A stretch of 63,453 nt of DNA, filler included, from Kipferlia bialata (taxonomy: Eukaryota): assembly GCA_003568945.1 (NCBI GenBank). It is 6 parts of 6 records of this genome, joined end to end, with 100 filler letters (N's around TTAATTAATTAA, not from the genome) between each part and the next. Parts side by side here need not be neighbours in the genome. Positions count along the whole stretch, not along the records: positions 52,275 to 63,453 come from BDIP01001272.1; 5 more parts are not named here. One strand, 5' to 3'. Position numbers and translations under genes: made by a program. Below are positions 63,047 to 63,453 of the stretch, one piece after another; position 1 is the stretch's first letter; every line of letters starts with the position of its first letter. The notes beneath the pieces are model-generated. The model ran no database searches. It saw only the letters and a list, made by a program, of their open reading frames with translations, and was not told where the DNA came from.

Positions 63047-63453
63047 TGAGGGTGAGACAGATAGGGATATGGATACATATACACGTATATAGATAGAGAG
63101 AGAGGATGACTGTGGGAAGAGAGAGACTGGTATATGGATACAATATATATATAGAGAGAGAGATAGAGAACGGGGACTAAGGGGAGAGGGAGAGACATAT
63201 ATATACATCTAAGTGTTTGGGACTGTAGACTGATAGAGACAGAGGGGGAGAAAGAGAGAGAGGGGGGGGGGGGAATTAATAGTGAACTGTGATTGAAGGA
63301 CAGAGGGAGAGGGAGATGTGAAGAGAAGTGAAAGAGTTGCTGGGGGGGGGGGGGGGGGGGGGGGGAGACACTGAAGTAGAAAAAAGGAAAGGGCGGAGTG
63401 TGTAGGACTCAGGGTGTAAGGGTGGGTGGGGGGACACTAGAGTAGAATGAGAT

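Overview
Eukaryotic, very intron-rich protist DNA in the standard genetic code. Gene content (AdhE, ARL3, alpha-kinase, kelch-like family) and intron style suggest an anaerobic flagellate such as the fornicate Kipferlia; this is inference, not a database result. The window is six separate contigs joined by an artificial N-TTAATTAATTAA-N linker, so neighbours across linkers are unrelated. Hand-spliced genes: BCNT/Swc5-like, MFS transporter, a secreted protein, a NEK-type kinase, a RING-H2/vWA/alpha-kinase, AdhE (5' part), a USP47-like C-terminus, SURF6/Rrp14 (3' part), a CHD1-type remodeller, a WD40 protein, ARL3, a kelch-like gene plus decayed duplicate, a GhrA-type D-2-hydroxyacid dehydrogenase and several hypotheticals. 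The most striking signal is a pervasive system of 'exon echoes': introns hold truncated copies of the neighbouring exon (acceptor plus 5' part upstream, 3' part plus donor downstream) separated by (TA)n/(CT)n filler. In several cases the two halves overlap by 7-14 nt and rebuild a second version of the exon, with the intact exon nested inside. These versions differ from the intact exon mostly at synonymous positions (10 synonymous vs 0 non-synonymous codons at 8812-9189). Two small insertions made of a direct repeat plus (CAGTAT)n filler (18613-18751, 55337-55365) look like the elementary event, and one may be a nascent intron.
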